Source: Chromera velia (Eukaryota). Taken from it: 53,412 bases of DNA. This document shows, in pieces, positions 33,088 through 53,381 of the stretch. Positions within the stretch are counted from its first letter, which is position 1, and every line of letters starts with the position of its first letter. The notes beneath the pieces were generated by a model that saw only the letters and a program-made list of their open reading frames with translations, was not told where the DNA came from and ran no database searches. The translations under genes were made by a program, and so were the position numbers. The DNA is taken from positions 1 to 53,412 of the forward strand of contig JAHBMJ010000260.1 of assembly GCA_018398765.1 (NCBI GenBank), read 5' to 3'.

Positions 33088-35706
33088 GAATTCAGCAGTG
33101 AGAAAGAGCACGTCGGAAAAGAAAGAAAGGAAGAGACCAGGAAGCAGCGGAAGAGGGAGAGGGGGGGTGAGAAACAGCTGGAGTTGGCGTGTTCACGTTG
33201 AATGTGTTTCGTCTTTCATGGTACGCCTATCTGCCTGCCCCTCGGGAGGAAAGCAAACGTTCAGTCTGCCCCCCTTCTATTTTGGAGAGAGCGCGTTCGA
33301 TTTGCGTGTCGCTTCTGTGTTCCTTTTGACAGGTGCAAGGAGCATGAAAGAACAAAGAGAGAGAGCGTGAGGTGCCCGTAGAACGGCCCGTTCTGTCTCG
33401 AGGGAAGAGGGGGGCGTGTTTTGAAGGAATGACTCGGTGCACGAATGGAATTTTCTGTTCTTTCGAGGGCTTTGGTTCGACTCTCGGTGCATATATCTCC
33501 CCCTCTCTCTGTCAACGAAAACGAAACCGAAATTAATTGACGGTTTTCGCAGTGATTTATTGTCGACAGTCTTGTTGGTTTTTTCATCACCCCTTCTTGT
33601 CGACGAATGACGGAGGATTGTCCAGTAAGGTAGAGAAGAAGCGAAAAGCGATGTCATGCGTGTCTTCGCAGTCTGCTGCTTGTCTTTTTGATCGAGAAAA
33701 AAGTCTGTTTGTTTCCTTCCTGCATTCGCACCCGTCTGTCCGAGATACATTGGGCCTTCCGTCTTTTTCTGTCTATGCGTGCCTGTGTTTGCGTGTGCGT
33801 CTCCATGTGAGTACGCCTGCCAGAGTCTGCCTGCCTGTTTCCTCTCCTCTCTCCATGCAGTGACTGACTGCATGTTTGCATGCCGAGAGACTTTGCATAC
33901 ATGCGCGTTCCAACTAGGAATTGAAGATGCGGTCGGTATTCTGCCTACATGCATACTCGCCACGCAGTCTCGTCCAAAGTTCTCAGCCCGTTTCTCTCGG
34001 GCAAGGGTCTTCCCTGCATGGCCTGCCTTCCCCTTTTTAAATTTAATCGAGCCTCCTTTTCAAAGCAGAAAGAAGATGGAGCAAGCAAAGCTGATCGTAC
34101 AAACAGAAGACCGTATAGATTGACCGACACACAACAAAAAGGGGGGGGGGAATATGTGAGCAGCATTGTCGACGCGGTTACGTGCAAACAGCACAAGCCA
34201 ACCAAACAAGCATGCGCAGCCAGCCCACCTGTGGGCCGATCTAAATGCCCATTCAGTGATTGAGTCACGTGCACCCATCCCTCTCACTCATACATCTAAC
34301 CCTTTTCAGATTCATTCCTCCTTCTCCTGCATTTTTCCTGAATGCCACCTGAATTGCCACGTATTGACTGATCACGCGGAGGTTCTGCCTTGTCTGTCGA
34401 GACTTGTTTTCCCTCTGCGTGTATCTTCATGCACGAGAAGCAGATGAAGGGCTTCGAGGGAAAGCGAAGAGAGTTTCTGACTCGCAGAATTTCATTCATT
34501 GGTCGGTTTGCCTGCACGCCTTGCACTCGGCACTCACTCAGCTCAATCGATCAGTTTCACCGCGCTGACCGGGTGCGGAGAAGGCGATACGATTCAGAGT
34601 TCAGGCAGCCTCAGTGCTGGTGTGCCTCCACTATGACCACTGCGTTCACTTCCTCTTTCAATTCATTGTGTTCATTGAATGTCATCGTTGAATTCTTTAA
34701 AATTTTTCTTGCTAGTTACATATATACTTCCGATTATGAATGATATAATGAATCCGATATGAATGGCATCTTTTTTTCTTCTTTTCTTCTTCTTTAACTG
34801 ATATTAAGTTTAATAAGTTGTTATAAATTGATTTTGAACGGTTTAAAGTTGAATGAAGAAATGAAAAAGAATCAGAATAATAATGATTTTGATTATATTA
34901 TTTTGAATTTATATAAAATGGTTATTTTCAAAAAAATGAGTTGATTGTATATGGCTGGAAAATAATTAAAGCCAATATTATGACAATATGTTAGATTCAA
35001 CATTTAGAACAACTACTAAGTTGAAAGAAATTCAATATGGAATTCAGCAAACCATATTAACACGTTACGGGCTAGGTTACGGGTGACTTGACTGTGTATC
35101 TTTATGCAAGTGTGTATGATTTCAGGGCCCCCGGGCCAGGCTGAGCTGCTCTCTAAGACGAAATATATACGGTCCAATGCTCTGTGCAATCTGCTGCTAG
35201 CTGCTACATATGCATAAAGCTGCGTAGGAAGCACTTCAAGTTTTCTTCCATGACGACACGGACCGTGACAGATAGAAAGAGAACGAAAAACAGCAGAGCG
35301 TGTAGTAGTTGCTGCATGCCCCCCCAACACATTTATCCTTACTAATTGGGCGGAGTTTTTTCAAGTGCCACATGCACCATGCACCGCGCGCGGCCGCGGA
35401 GTAGTCAGTGCATATCCGAACGGTCCATGCATGAATGCGAAAAGGTTGTGCATGCATGCATGTCGCGGAATGTCGATCACGCACAAAATGAAGCCGTCGT
35501 GTTGATGGCTGGGTTGACGGTTACGTCACAGAGCCTCAATGGACGACTTCTTTGTGACAAGCTCTTTGCATGCATTGTTCTGAAGGCAAGTAGTACCTAG
35601 CCTTCCTGAAGTACTTTCCGAATCGTGTGCGCTCCGGCTTCCCCGTGACGAGTCCAAAAGTCAAGAACGACTGAAAAATTGACTGACCTTGACGTGAGCT
35701 GAGAGG

Positions 35707-38700
35707 ATGCAGGCAAGCCAGACTCAAGACATGACCCGCACAGAGGCGCTTCGTCGTCAGTTGGAGAGAATAAAATGGCCATTTCTCTGCTATGCGGGGC
35801 CACCAGCGCTCTTCTTCGTAGTTCTTTTGACTTTCCTGGGGGTGTTTTCGGGCATTGGTATAGTGACTTCGGGATTGACAGGTGTTGCGCTCTTCACATT
35901 TCCTCTTGTTTCGCTCCAGTTTGGAAGAAGCATGGACATAGTCGCAGCACTGATGCTCAGCCTCGCAGGACTGAACGGCAACTTCACAATGACACGCCTT
36001 CCACCCGACACCCCGCCGGAGGAGGTCCAATTCCACCACGTGGCATCGTTTATTTTCGCTGCAGCTTGTGGAAACCTCCTGCAGTACCGAACATCTGTAT
36101 TTTGTGCTTACAATGCGAACTTATTCACTGGGTGGGTTTTAATGAGATTTTACACCCTCGAGAACGCTTCTGTTGACTTTCACATGAAGACGACGTTCTC
36201 GTTCGTAGTCCTCGTAGGTCTCCTCTGCGTTATGCTTCGGTACCTGAGTCAGGGAGCGTTCCTTGCGGGGGTGGAGTTGGAGAGACTCAGGCAGCACACA
36301 GAGCAGCGAGAGGGGCAGGTGGAACACGAAAAAGACCAAAAGCACAGCTTTCTGGCTTATATCATGCATGAAGTCAGGAACCCTCTCAGCGCAGCCTGTC
36401 TGTTGATGTGCGAACAGGAGATGTTGATCGCTGAGATGAAGCAAGTGACGGCAAAGATGAAGGACAAAAAGAAAAAACACCCCGAAGACCAAGGGGAGTT
36501 TGCCGAGATAGAACCTTTGCTTGAATCTCTAAACACCCTCGCAAAGACGGTGCAGTCTCAGATCGATCAGATGGGCTCGATCTGCAACGACGTGCTGCAT
36601 CTAGAAAAACTTGCAAGTGGTAGGTTTGAGTACAACGTCGGTGTCGGGAGTTTGGCCAGCTTCTTTTCACACGCTGCCAAAGAAGCAGAAACAGTTCTGA
36701 AGCAGAAAGATGTGACTTTGACAACAGAAATCGCCATCGATCCCCAACTGCTGAGCAAGAAAAAAAGCCCCTCAACCTGGGCAGACTTCCCCAGACTTCG
36801 TCAAGTCAGTCGCTTCTTCCTTCCTTCCATTCGTGATATCAATCTCTTAACCATCTCTATTCGACACTTACGTACTTCCCCCCTGACTTCCATCTTTTGG
36901 CGTGCTTGCGACTCACCAAGACTTCTTTTTCTGCTTCTTCTTCTCCTTCTTCTTCTTCTTCTTCTTCTCCTTCTTCTTCTTGTCCCAACAGCACACTTGT
37001 TCTCCTCTCGCTCACACTGATTCTGGTGTAATGTTCATAACTCACCCCCCCCCCCCGGGGGGGCCCCNNNNNNNNNNNNNNNNNNNNNNNNNNNNNNNNN
37101 NNNNNNNNNNNNNNNNNNNNNNNNNNNNNNNNNNNNNNNNNNNNNNNNNNNNNNNNNNNNNNNNNNNNNNNNNNNNNNNNNNNNNNNNNNNNNNNNNNNN
37201 NNNNNNNNNNNNNNNNNNNNNNNNNNNNNNNNNNNNNNNNNNNNNNNNNNNNNNNNNNNNNNNNNNNNNNNNNNNNNNNNNNNNNNNNNNNNNNNNNNNN
37301 NNNNNNNNNNNNNNNNNNNNNNNNNNNNNNNNNNNNNNNNNNNNNNNNNNNNNNNNNNNNNNNNNNNNNNNNNNNNNNNNNNNNNNNNNNNNNNNNNNNN
37401 NNNNNNNNNNNNNNNNNNNNNNNNNNNNNNNNNNNNNNNNCCCCCCCCCCCGGTGGGTCCCCCGGAGGACCTAGGGTTTCTTTCCTGTGCTTCCACCAAC
37501 TAGCTCTCTGATTCTTCTTCGCTTAGACACAAAAACCGTTTCCCTTAACCTGCCCGCCTCCTTCCTTTCCTCTTCTGTGCAACTTCCATTTTTTCGCTTG
37601 TGCGCGCAGGTCATCTCCAACTTTATGTCCAACGCAAGGAAGTTCACCCCCAAGGGAGGGGAGGTGACCTTCCGAATGGAAGTTTCCGCACTCTCCATCT
37701 GCCCAACTCATCATGCCCCCGGAAACTGCGCCCACTCCTCCCAGCTCCCCGACAGTGCCTTCTCCTTCAACCCAATGAATCCCGAAGAGAACCCACAATG
37801 GATCCACATCCGCTTCTCAGTCAGAGACTCCGGCGTCGGCATTGCCCCTGAGGACCTCCCAAAACTCTTCAAACCCTACGGACAAATCAGAGCAGGGGAG
37901 CAGCAACAGGGCGGGGGAACGGGTCTGGGTCTGTGCATCTGCAGGGTGTTTGTGGAGGCCCATAGCGGAGGGAACACTGGGGTTCTTTCTAAAGGAGCCG
38001 GTGAGGGGTCTGAGTTCTTCTTCGAGTTTGACTCACCCCTTGCATCAGTGCCAGAAAAAGAAGCAGACGAAGAGCGCGGCTCTGCCAACACACCCGGGAG
38101 AGAAGAACGAGTTGTACTCTGCAAGGAGATGCTTTCCTCCTCTGGCAGAGGTATGAAGGGCCAACCCCGCCGTCTGAGCACATTCACTGCAGGCACCGAT
38201 CCTGCCAATCTTACGCCAAGCTCTTCCCCCCCCCTGTCGGCCTACAGACGAGGCTGCCCTTCCAAAAGGCTGCCTCGGGATCGATTCCACACTGTGCTAC
38301 TGACTGAAAGCCCACCATCAATCGCCGCCTCCGCATCGTCCCAACAAAGCAGATGGTCGGCGGCTCCCGATAAAGAAACTGTGAGACAACGAAAAAAGGC
38401 CTCTCAGACTGATGAAAGACAGCTACCGTCTGAATCTCTCTCTGCTCCTCAAATAAAGAGAGCCAGCCTTTCAGGGTACGAAGGCGAGGCTCTCCGAGAT
38501 TATGAGCAGATACTCTTTGAAAGAGTGAAGGCACAAGACTGGTTCAAAAAGGGGAAACAACACATAGCCGACATTTTGGTGGTGGATGACAATGCAGTCT
38601 GTCAGATGGCAGTGACATTGGCCCTGCGTCGAATGGGGTTCTCAGTCGAATCGTCAGGAGACGGCTTGGCTGCTCTGTCCCGATTCAAGCAGGGTGAGCG

Positions 38701-38989
38701 GTATCGGCTTGTTTTGATTGATCGGAACATGCCCAAAATGGAAGGCCCACAAGCCGTAAGGGAAATTTTATCCCATCTCCAGTCGTTGTCTCCTCCGCCC
38801 CCCTCTCCCGTGTTCGTAGGTTTGACGGGGCAAACAGAGCGCTGCAACGACTTCGAGGAGGAGGGGGCAGTGAGGACGGTGCTCAAGCCAATCACCGCAA
38901 AGAACCTGGAGGCCGTTTTCGAAGAGTTGGACTTTGTGCCGAGGGGATCGCCTTCAGACAGGAAAGCGATTTCAAGGGGCCATGAATAG
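35707..38989 (+). CDS. Membrane-bound hybrid sensor histidine kinase / response regulator (about 825 aa)
   Basis: Exons 35707-36804 and 37610-38989; the intron contains an assembly gap. Several N-terminal hydrophobic segments, H-box FLAYIMHEVRNPL, N-box LRQVISNFMSNARKFT, G1 VRDSGVGI, F LFKPYGQ, G2 GTGLGLCI, and a receiver domain ILVVDDN...LIDRNMPKMEG...LTG...KP. Confidence 0.92.
37068..37440. other. Assembly gap (histidine kinase intron)
   Basis: Run of N flanked by C/G homopolymers. Confidence 0.99.
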
Positions 38990-39400
38990 GGGAGGGGGGT
39001 GGAAATCGGGGAAAGAAGACTGGCTGACTGTTCCTGTGTGGGGGCATGGGGTTCTCTCCTGTGGGTGGGTGGGTCAGCAAATTGAATTAATGGGAGGAAT
39101 TGAACGTTTAGGGAGGATCGAAAGTTACTAAAAGGCCTTTCTCTCTGTCTCTCTTTCACGCCCTCGACTCCCTTTGCTTTTTGCGTTCGTGTCTTTCTGC
39201 GTGCTCTCGCTTCTGGGTCATTGCATAGTGCTGGTCAACTTCACTTTCCTTTCCTCTGTTTGGTTTTTGTCTCTATCTCTCTGTCTGTTCTGTTGACCCG
39301 TTCATGATCCTTGCATATGTCTTTTCTGGAAAATGTCAAGCTTCCTTGACCGTGGTTTTCTTGCATGTCTTCAGAATTGATGAGTCGAGTCGGGGGGGGG

Positions 39401-39735
39401 NNNNNNNNNNNNNNNNNNNNNNNNNNNNNNNNNNNNNNNNNNNNNNNNNNNNNNNNNNNNNNNNNNNNNNNNNNNNNNNNNNNNNNNNNNNNNNNNNNNN
39501 NNNNNNNNNNNNNNNNNNNNNNNNNNNNNNNNNNNNNNNNNNNNNNNNNNNNNNNNNNNNNNNNNNNNNNNNNNNNNNNNNNNNNNNNNNNNNNNNNNNN
39601 NNNNNNNNNNNNNNNNNNNNNNNNNNNNNNNNNNNNNNNNNNNNNNNNNNNNNNNNNNNNNNNNNNNNNNNNNNNNNNNNNNNNNNNNNNNNNNNNNNNN
39701 NNNNNNNNNNNNNNNNNNNNNNNNNNNNNNNNNNN
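39401..39735. other. Assembly gap
   Basis: Run of N preceded by poly-G. Confidence 0.99.
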
Positions 39736-39901
39736 GGCGGGACACTAACTGCACCTTTCCTGTAAGGTAGACGGTTGTCGTCTTGTATTGTGGTTTTTCT
39801 TTCTTTCCTTCTGTCTTTCTTTCTGTCCTTGTTAGTCTGTTTGTTTGTTTGTCTGGCTGTTTGTTTGTTTGTCTGGCTGTTTGTTTGAAAACACGAGAAG
39901 C

Positions 39902-39940
<39 letters not shown>

Positions 39941-39952
39941 GCACACACAGTG

Positions 39953-39985
<33 letters not shown>

Positions 39986-41745
39986 GGACGATGGGTGGAG
40001 AAGGAGAAAGAGGGAGTGCATACACCCGGCCAAGAGATCGAGTCCGCGTGCCGAAAAATTTGAGACAAAAGCTCAGACAATGATTTGACACACCCACCAG
40101 GCGTATGCACACGCACATGCGAATGTGTACGGTCTGAAGGCCTTTGGGTGTTTCCGATCTGCATGAACTGGGATGCATGACGTGACATTGCAGAGGCCGG
40201 TCTGTCTGTAGGGGTACGTCTGTCTGACAAGTCGGGTTTGCATCATGTGGTTCTTATAGTTTCAAGTGCGGCGTGGCGTGACAAAGAATGTTTGGTGACG
40301 AGACCCTGGAGACCCTTGCATGCAAGCACAAGAAAAAGAAACTGTAGAATCCGTGCTGACACCAGGAAGGGGGGTGGTCGAAAGCGGTGTAGGTATGTGG
40401 AAACTCGCGTAGGCATCTGGGCATGCAAAAAGGGGGAGACTCTAGTAATCTGTGCATTTACAAGAAGAAAAGGAACTGTAGAAACCCAGCATGCAGGCCA
40501 AAAAAAGGAAGGAACGGCCAGTAAAAGCTTTGTACTAAAAAAAAAAAAAACTGTGCAAGCGCTTCCATGCAGACACTGTCAGAAAAAAATGAACTGTATA
40601 AACTTTTGCTAGCAACAAAATCATCGAGACGGAAACGAAATATATGCACGTATATGCTATAAAACGTACGTACGTAATCATTTCTATAGGTCGATGTTCA
40701 TTCCAAATAGACAGAATAGAAGTTATAGAACAATTAAAAATTTGACTAAATTCAAGTTATTTTACTTATCTAAAAGCCGAAGTTACCGAACTAGAGACCA
40801 AATTATTCTAGAAATTGTTCTATAATTTATTATAAATAATTTTGTAACTCCATTGTTACTCCAAACCAGAGGTGTTAAAGACCCGGCGCTTTACACTAGG
40901 CTTTATATAGTAAACGCCCGGTCTTTGGCTGGGTCTTCGGCCGACCCGGCAGCTAGACCTGGCTCAAACCATTGCAACCATTACGGCTTTCCGGAGCCGT
41001 TTGCATGCTTGTGTTAGCTTGTATACGTCAGATACTAGGTCAGATAAGTGCAATCTAACCTGTGCATGAACGTGCATGGACACACGCTAGCTGCACGTTT
41101 TATTAAATTTAACGTACGTGCGTGTGTGGCCCTCTGTTCCCGCGTTTGAGACCGCGGCGCCCAGCGTGCACGCCGGGCCAAAGGCCTGACCCGGCACAAT
41201 CGTCCCAAAGCCTCTTTAACAGGTCTGCTCCAAGCAACTTTAATCCTAGCTTTAATCATTTTTTTCATATTTTCATTGCTGAGCATGATTGCTCATTATT
41301 CAATTCATAATTGAACTAACTATGCAGATCTAGATGCAGATATCCAACTATAATTCAAGATATGATGGATTTACTCCTGAAATTTGATAAAACTTAACCA
41401 ATTAATAAAGAAAAATAAATTGGAGCGACCAAAATGGGAAACTGTAAATTAGCCTGCAATGTATGGCTGGATCGAATTTAGGCTGAAATAGACTTCAAAT
41501 AGTTTGTGTAATAACAGTAACATGCATTTATGACTATGACTATGATGCGCCATCATTATCTATATCTAGAGTTCTAGCCAGAGTTAGTTAGATACTTTTT
41601 GCGTTAGGCAGGGAAAAGTTGTTATTTTCTAGGATGCCATGCTACACTGTCTTAATCAACACTTTAAATCAAAAGTTTCCCCTTCTTTCTTTCCTTTCTT
41701 TTCCCTTTGGTAGCCTTTTTTCTTGTAACTCTTCTTTTGCCACCC

Positions 41746-42512
41746 TGCAAGTTACCAGGAATATAAAGGAATTTAGGGTAGGAATATGAAGGAATATGGA
41801 GGAATATAGGGTAGGAATATGAAGGAATATGTAGGATTATGCAGGAATATGAGGTAGAAATCTACAGGTCAAAATTAATAGGAATTTAAAAATTAAATTC
41901 CTGTAAAATAGGAACATTAAGATAAAATTTCCTGGCAGCAGGAATTTAATAAAAAAGATAGGTAGGAATATGAAGGAATATACAGGAATATATAGGAATA
42001 TGAGGTAGGAATATGAAGGAATATACAGGAATATGGGGTAAGAATATAAAAGAAAATATTAATTTCCAGGTACCAGGAATTTTGATTCAAATTCCTATCG
42101 ATTTTCACCTGTAGATTCCTATCTCATATTCCTGCATAATCCTATATATTCCTTCATATTCCTACCCCATGTTTAACCTCCTTGAACCTAAGTATTACTT
42201 CAAAGAATATAATCAAGATGATTTATATTTGCGGCATCATACATTTTTCAAGAGACCGTCTCCATAAGCAGCACTGATGATCAACACACTGCCCAAATAT
42301 GCGACTTGGCCTTTCAAGATACTGTAAACGATCCACCTAGTGACCATGTTTAATTTGATTATATTTGATTTGATTTGATTTGATTTGCGGTGCGGGCTTT
42401 CAAGCTAATCCAAAAATGCGGCTTCACCTTTCAAGTGGTACTTAGGTTCAGGGAGGTCCCATATTCCTCCATATTCCTACCCCAAATTCCTTCATACTCC
42501 TGGCAACTTGCA
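41746..42512. mobile_element. Non-autonomous inverted-repeat (MITE/foldback-like) element built of GGAATAT-containing roughly 10-bp subrepeats
   Basis: 54-bp terminal inverted repeats at 41746-41799 and 42459-42512 (5 mismatches). Inner 82-bp inverted repeat at 41806-41887 and 42089-42170 (7 mismatches). No coding capacity and no clear target-site duplication. Confidence 0.65.
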
Positions 42513-42877
42513 AAGCGGACGTCAGATAACTGGCACACAGGTCTAGGGCTCCGGCCCTGAACACAATGTAATATAAATATTTAAAAATTATCATCGATCC
42601 GAAATTATGATTATCATTATCATATGTTATCGCATTTGGCATGTTTCGTAGCACTACCTAGCACATTTCCCGATTTTGAGCGTTTCAACTTGCGTTTTTA
42701 GAGTTACTGCACCGCCCGAGGCAGTTTGCCACTAAGTTTTCCTAGCAGTTTGTTAACCTTTGGTTTTTATAGCACCGTTAAATCTAATTTATAAAGATGT
42801 CACTAAAATCTAGACTAAATTACTCTGCATGTAATGAAATGCTTGATTCCATGGTCAGAGAATCTCCCGATTTACTT

Positions 42878-49889
<7,012 letters not shown>

Positions 49890-51582
49890 GTTCCTTTCCA
49901 CTGCTGCTCTCTTTCTTTCTGTACAGCCTTTGCACACAGCCGCGCGACCGGAAATTCCAATTCCTGTTCACTTGCCAGCTCTATTCCGGTGCGTTCACCG
50001 ATGCGCACGAGATAGAAGAAGGAGGAATGGATTCAGTTGTCCACAAACAAGAGAGACGGCAAGGGAGAGAAAAAAATCTGTGCAGCACTCTGTAAACCAA
50101 CAGGCAAAGGAGGGCTCTTCTTCATGTGACAGTCAGGAGAAGAAAACAGACGGAATGTGGACGGAGTCTCCCGACGACACACACACACACACATCACACA
50201 CACACATGCAGACCGATCTCAATTTGTCAAGAATCAAGGCAAATGAAGGCAACACCCGCCGCCGCCGGGGGGCCGGGCCCGCCGTGCCCGCGACCAGCGG
50301 GCTCGGTTCGTGCAGGGGCCATTTCGATGATTTCCTTATATTTCCTTACAGTTCAACACATACTGATGCATCACTGCAAGCCGATATCTGGCAGTGGACC
50401 GCGGGGATTTCTGGAATATAGAATCCCATCATGTCATAACTGCTTAAGCATGTTTAAATTAATCGAATTTAATAGAATTTGATCATAATTTAAACTGTAT
50501 AAATGATAAATCTATATAAATCCTTTTATAAACTCACCAGCTTTAATAGACTTTAACTACATTAATTCAATTCATAGATGGACATTATACCTGGTATGAT
50601 TAAAACATTCTGACATTAACCTTATAGCATTAATTATGCAAAAAACATCCATGTTCATAAAAAAACCACAGTTTATTCACAATATAGTCTTTTCTTCTTG
50701 TATATTGTTTTTTCCCGCTTAATTCCTGCCTTTTTCCCAGACAAGACTGCATCTCCTTCGCTGTACGTTCTTTTTTCTGCACAGAATTTCCCCCTCCTTC
50801 CGATCCTGACGTCTGGCAAAGCTTCAAACGAAAGAAGGGAGGCGGGCGAAGCAAAAGGAGATGGTCTCGGTCGAATTCTCTTTCACGCAGCTGGCAGAGA
50901 GAAAGTTGGCGAACAAGAAGGGGGAAAGACAGTCAGCACCTCACTCGCAGAGGCCAGATGGAAGAAAGGAAGAAAGAAGGAAAGGAGAAAGGGAACGAAA
51001 CGAACGAAACGATACCACGGATCGAGCTGTCGTCTGTCGACAGTCATCCCAACTCCTCTGAGCGAATCGGAAGTCGACATCCTCCCTCCTCCCCACCCGA
51101 CGGCCTTTTCCTCCCCGCTTCCCTCCCTTGCTCTCCCTACAACTCTAATCGTTCAGAAAGGTTGAGCCAAAGCCGGCATTCAATCGACTGCAATGAAATA
51201 GAATAAATGCACGCAAGCAAGGGAGGGAGTGGAAATCAACCCCTGACTCACTCAATCAATCAATCAAGCAGGCAGGTTGGCAGGCAGTTCGAACATTGCA
51301 GTTCGAAAAAGGAGCTTCGCGACTCAGACATGTACAGGTAAACGCGAACACACGCAAACGCACACAGACAGACTATATTTTTCTTCTTCTCCCTTCAAAG
51401 AAAGAAAGAAAGAAAGAGCAAAGACGAAAGAACAAAGACGAAAGAACAAAACAAACGATCGAGCAACATGGATAGGGGGCCCGAAAGGTGAGATTCACAG
51501 ACAGACAGACAGACAGATAGATAGATAGATAACATCGTCTTTTCTTTCCTTTTCTCTTCCTTTTTTCCCGAAAGACAGACAG

Positions 51583-51624
<42 letters not shown>

Positions 51625-51788
51625 ACCCCTCATTTTTTACACAGGCAGACAAAGGCATGAATATGGAGAAAACAAAAGGACGACACGCTTCTCCCCCTAT
51701 CTGCAGCCGATGCATCAATGAGTGTGTGAACTTTCGAATCCACGTACCTCATCTAATAGATGAAACAGGCAGCAGGACAAAGAGATCC

Positions 51789-51866
51789 TCACTCATCGTC
51801 GAGTTTGACCGTCTCAGAGACCTGCATGCATAAAGATGCCGTGAAGGGGACAGCAAAATGAATTTC

Positions 51867-51904
<38 letters not shown>

Positions 51905-52600
51905 CACGCACATTGTCAACTAAGCAGTTTGCTCCCAGGAAATCTGTATCTCTTTCTGTTATGCTGTCTGCTGCAGACAAGGCTCCTCATTGTGGCAGAT
52001 TCACTTTTTGCCTTCTCCTATTCAGCCTCCTTTCTTTTCTTCGTTTCTGTCACAACGCCCGTCCTTTCCTCCTTCCCCCTCACCCCCCCTCCACTCGAAT
52101 GCTCATCCTCCGACTGACCGACCGACCATTTCGATCAGGTGATCCATTTTGGCGATCTGCAACTCGCTGTCCGGCGTCGAGTCGTCGTGTCCCTCCTTGA
52201 ACGGTTTCTGCTTCCATACAAAATTTACACCAAATCCTAATGTCTACACAACTTTTTCATGCAGGAAGGTGTACTGCCGTTGCACCGCATTGAGTCGTCG
52301 TGCCTCTGCTTTAAACGCTTCTCAGAGCATGCGCAACTGAATACCGTGCGGACTGTGAACACGTTTGCATTCCCTTTTGTTCTGCTTTCTTGATTTTCTT
52401 ACAAAAGCACTCGGAGCATTTTTGGGATCTTTCATACCGTACATGTCTGAAAGAAAAAGATCCACTGACCGCCTTCTTTCGAAGATTTGGTGAAAGTTTC
52501 AAACAGTTCACGCCAGCTCGGTCGTCTCCCACCAACAGGATCGGGTAGGTCGGGCTGAACACCACGTGAGTCAACTTGGCCTTCTTCACAACCTGCAGGG

Positions 52601-52693
<93 letters not shown>

Positions 52694-52902
52694 GGGTGCA
52701 TATAATGAGACACAGGCAAAGAAACGACGTGCGCACCGTACACAATCAGAGGGAGAGAGAGTTTTCTCTCCCGTTGTGAATCCCTCACAGAGAATCGACA
52801 CAACAGATCGTTCGACTTTTTTCTCCCTCCTCTTCTTCCTCACTCACAGGCAGGGGCACACCTTTTCATGGTCTCCGTCCTTGGCTCGCTTTTCTCTGTA
52901 AA

Positions 52903-52934
<32 letters not shown>

Positions 52935-53254
52935 GTATTGAGTGTGTGTGTATGTGTGTGATATACATAGAGAGAAAGAGAGCAACAAACATACCTTTTG
53001 ATCGCATATGTGTTCGTGTCTGTTCTCGTGAAGGTCATAAACTTTCACGACCCCATCTGCCGAGATCGCTGCGAAGACCGTCGACGAGTAGGGGGCCCAG
53101 GCACAGTCCCCGACTGCCTGGCCGAGGTCGAACGCCATCACGGGAGCTCTTTGGGTATGGTCCCAAAGTTTGACCGTCCAGTCGGCAGATGCAGAGATGA
53201 AAATCTTCTCGTGAAAGGGGTTCCATCGCACTGTGTACACTCCCATGCTGTGAC
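51789..53254 (-). CDS. DNAI1: Axonemal outer-arm dynein intermediate chain (WD40), 3' part
   Basis: Exons 53254-52995, 52592-52470, 52207-52127, 51821-51789: [69 protein letters not shown], typical of IC78/DNAI1. The 5' part lies outside the window. Confidence 0.85.
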
Positions 53255-53381
53255 CTGCACACACACATACACACATACACACACACACACACACAAGCAT
53301 ATTTGTGTGCATCTGTGCTTGTTTGTACGTGCGAAGACAAGCGGCAAGCCCCTCAGCAGAACTCTCTCCCGTCTCTTTTCG

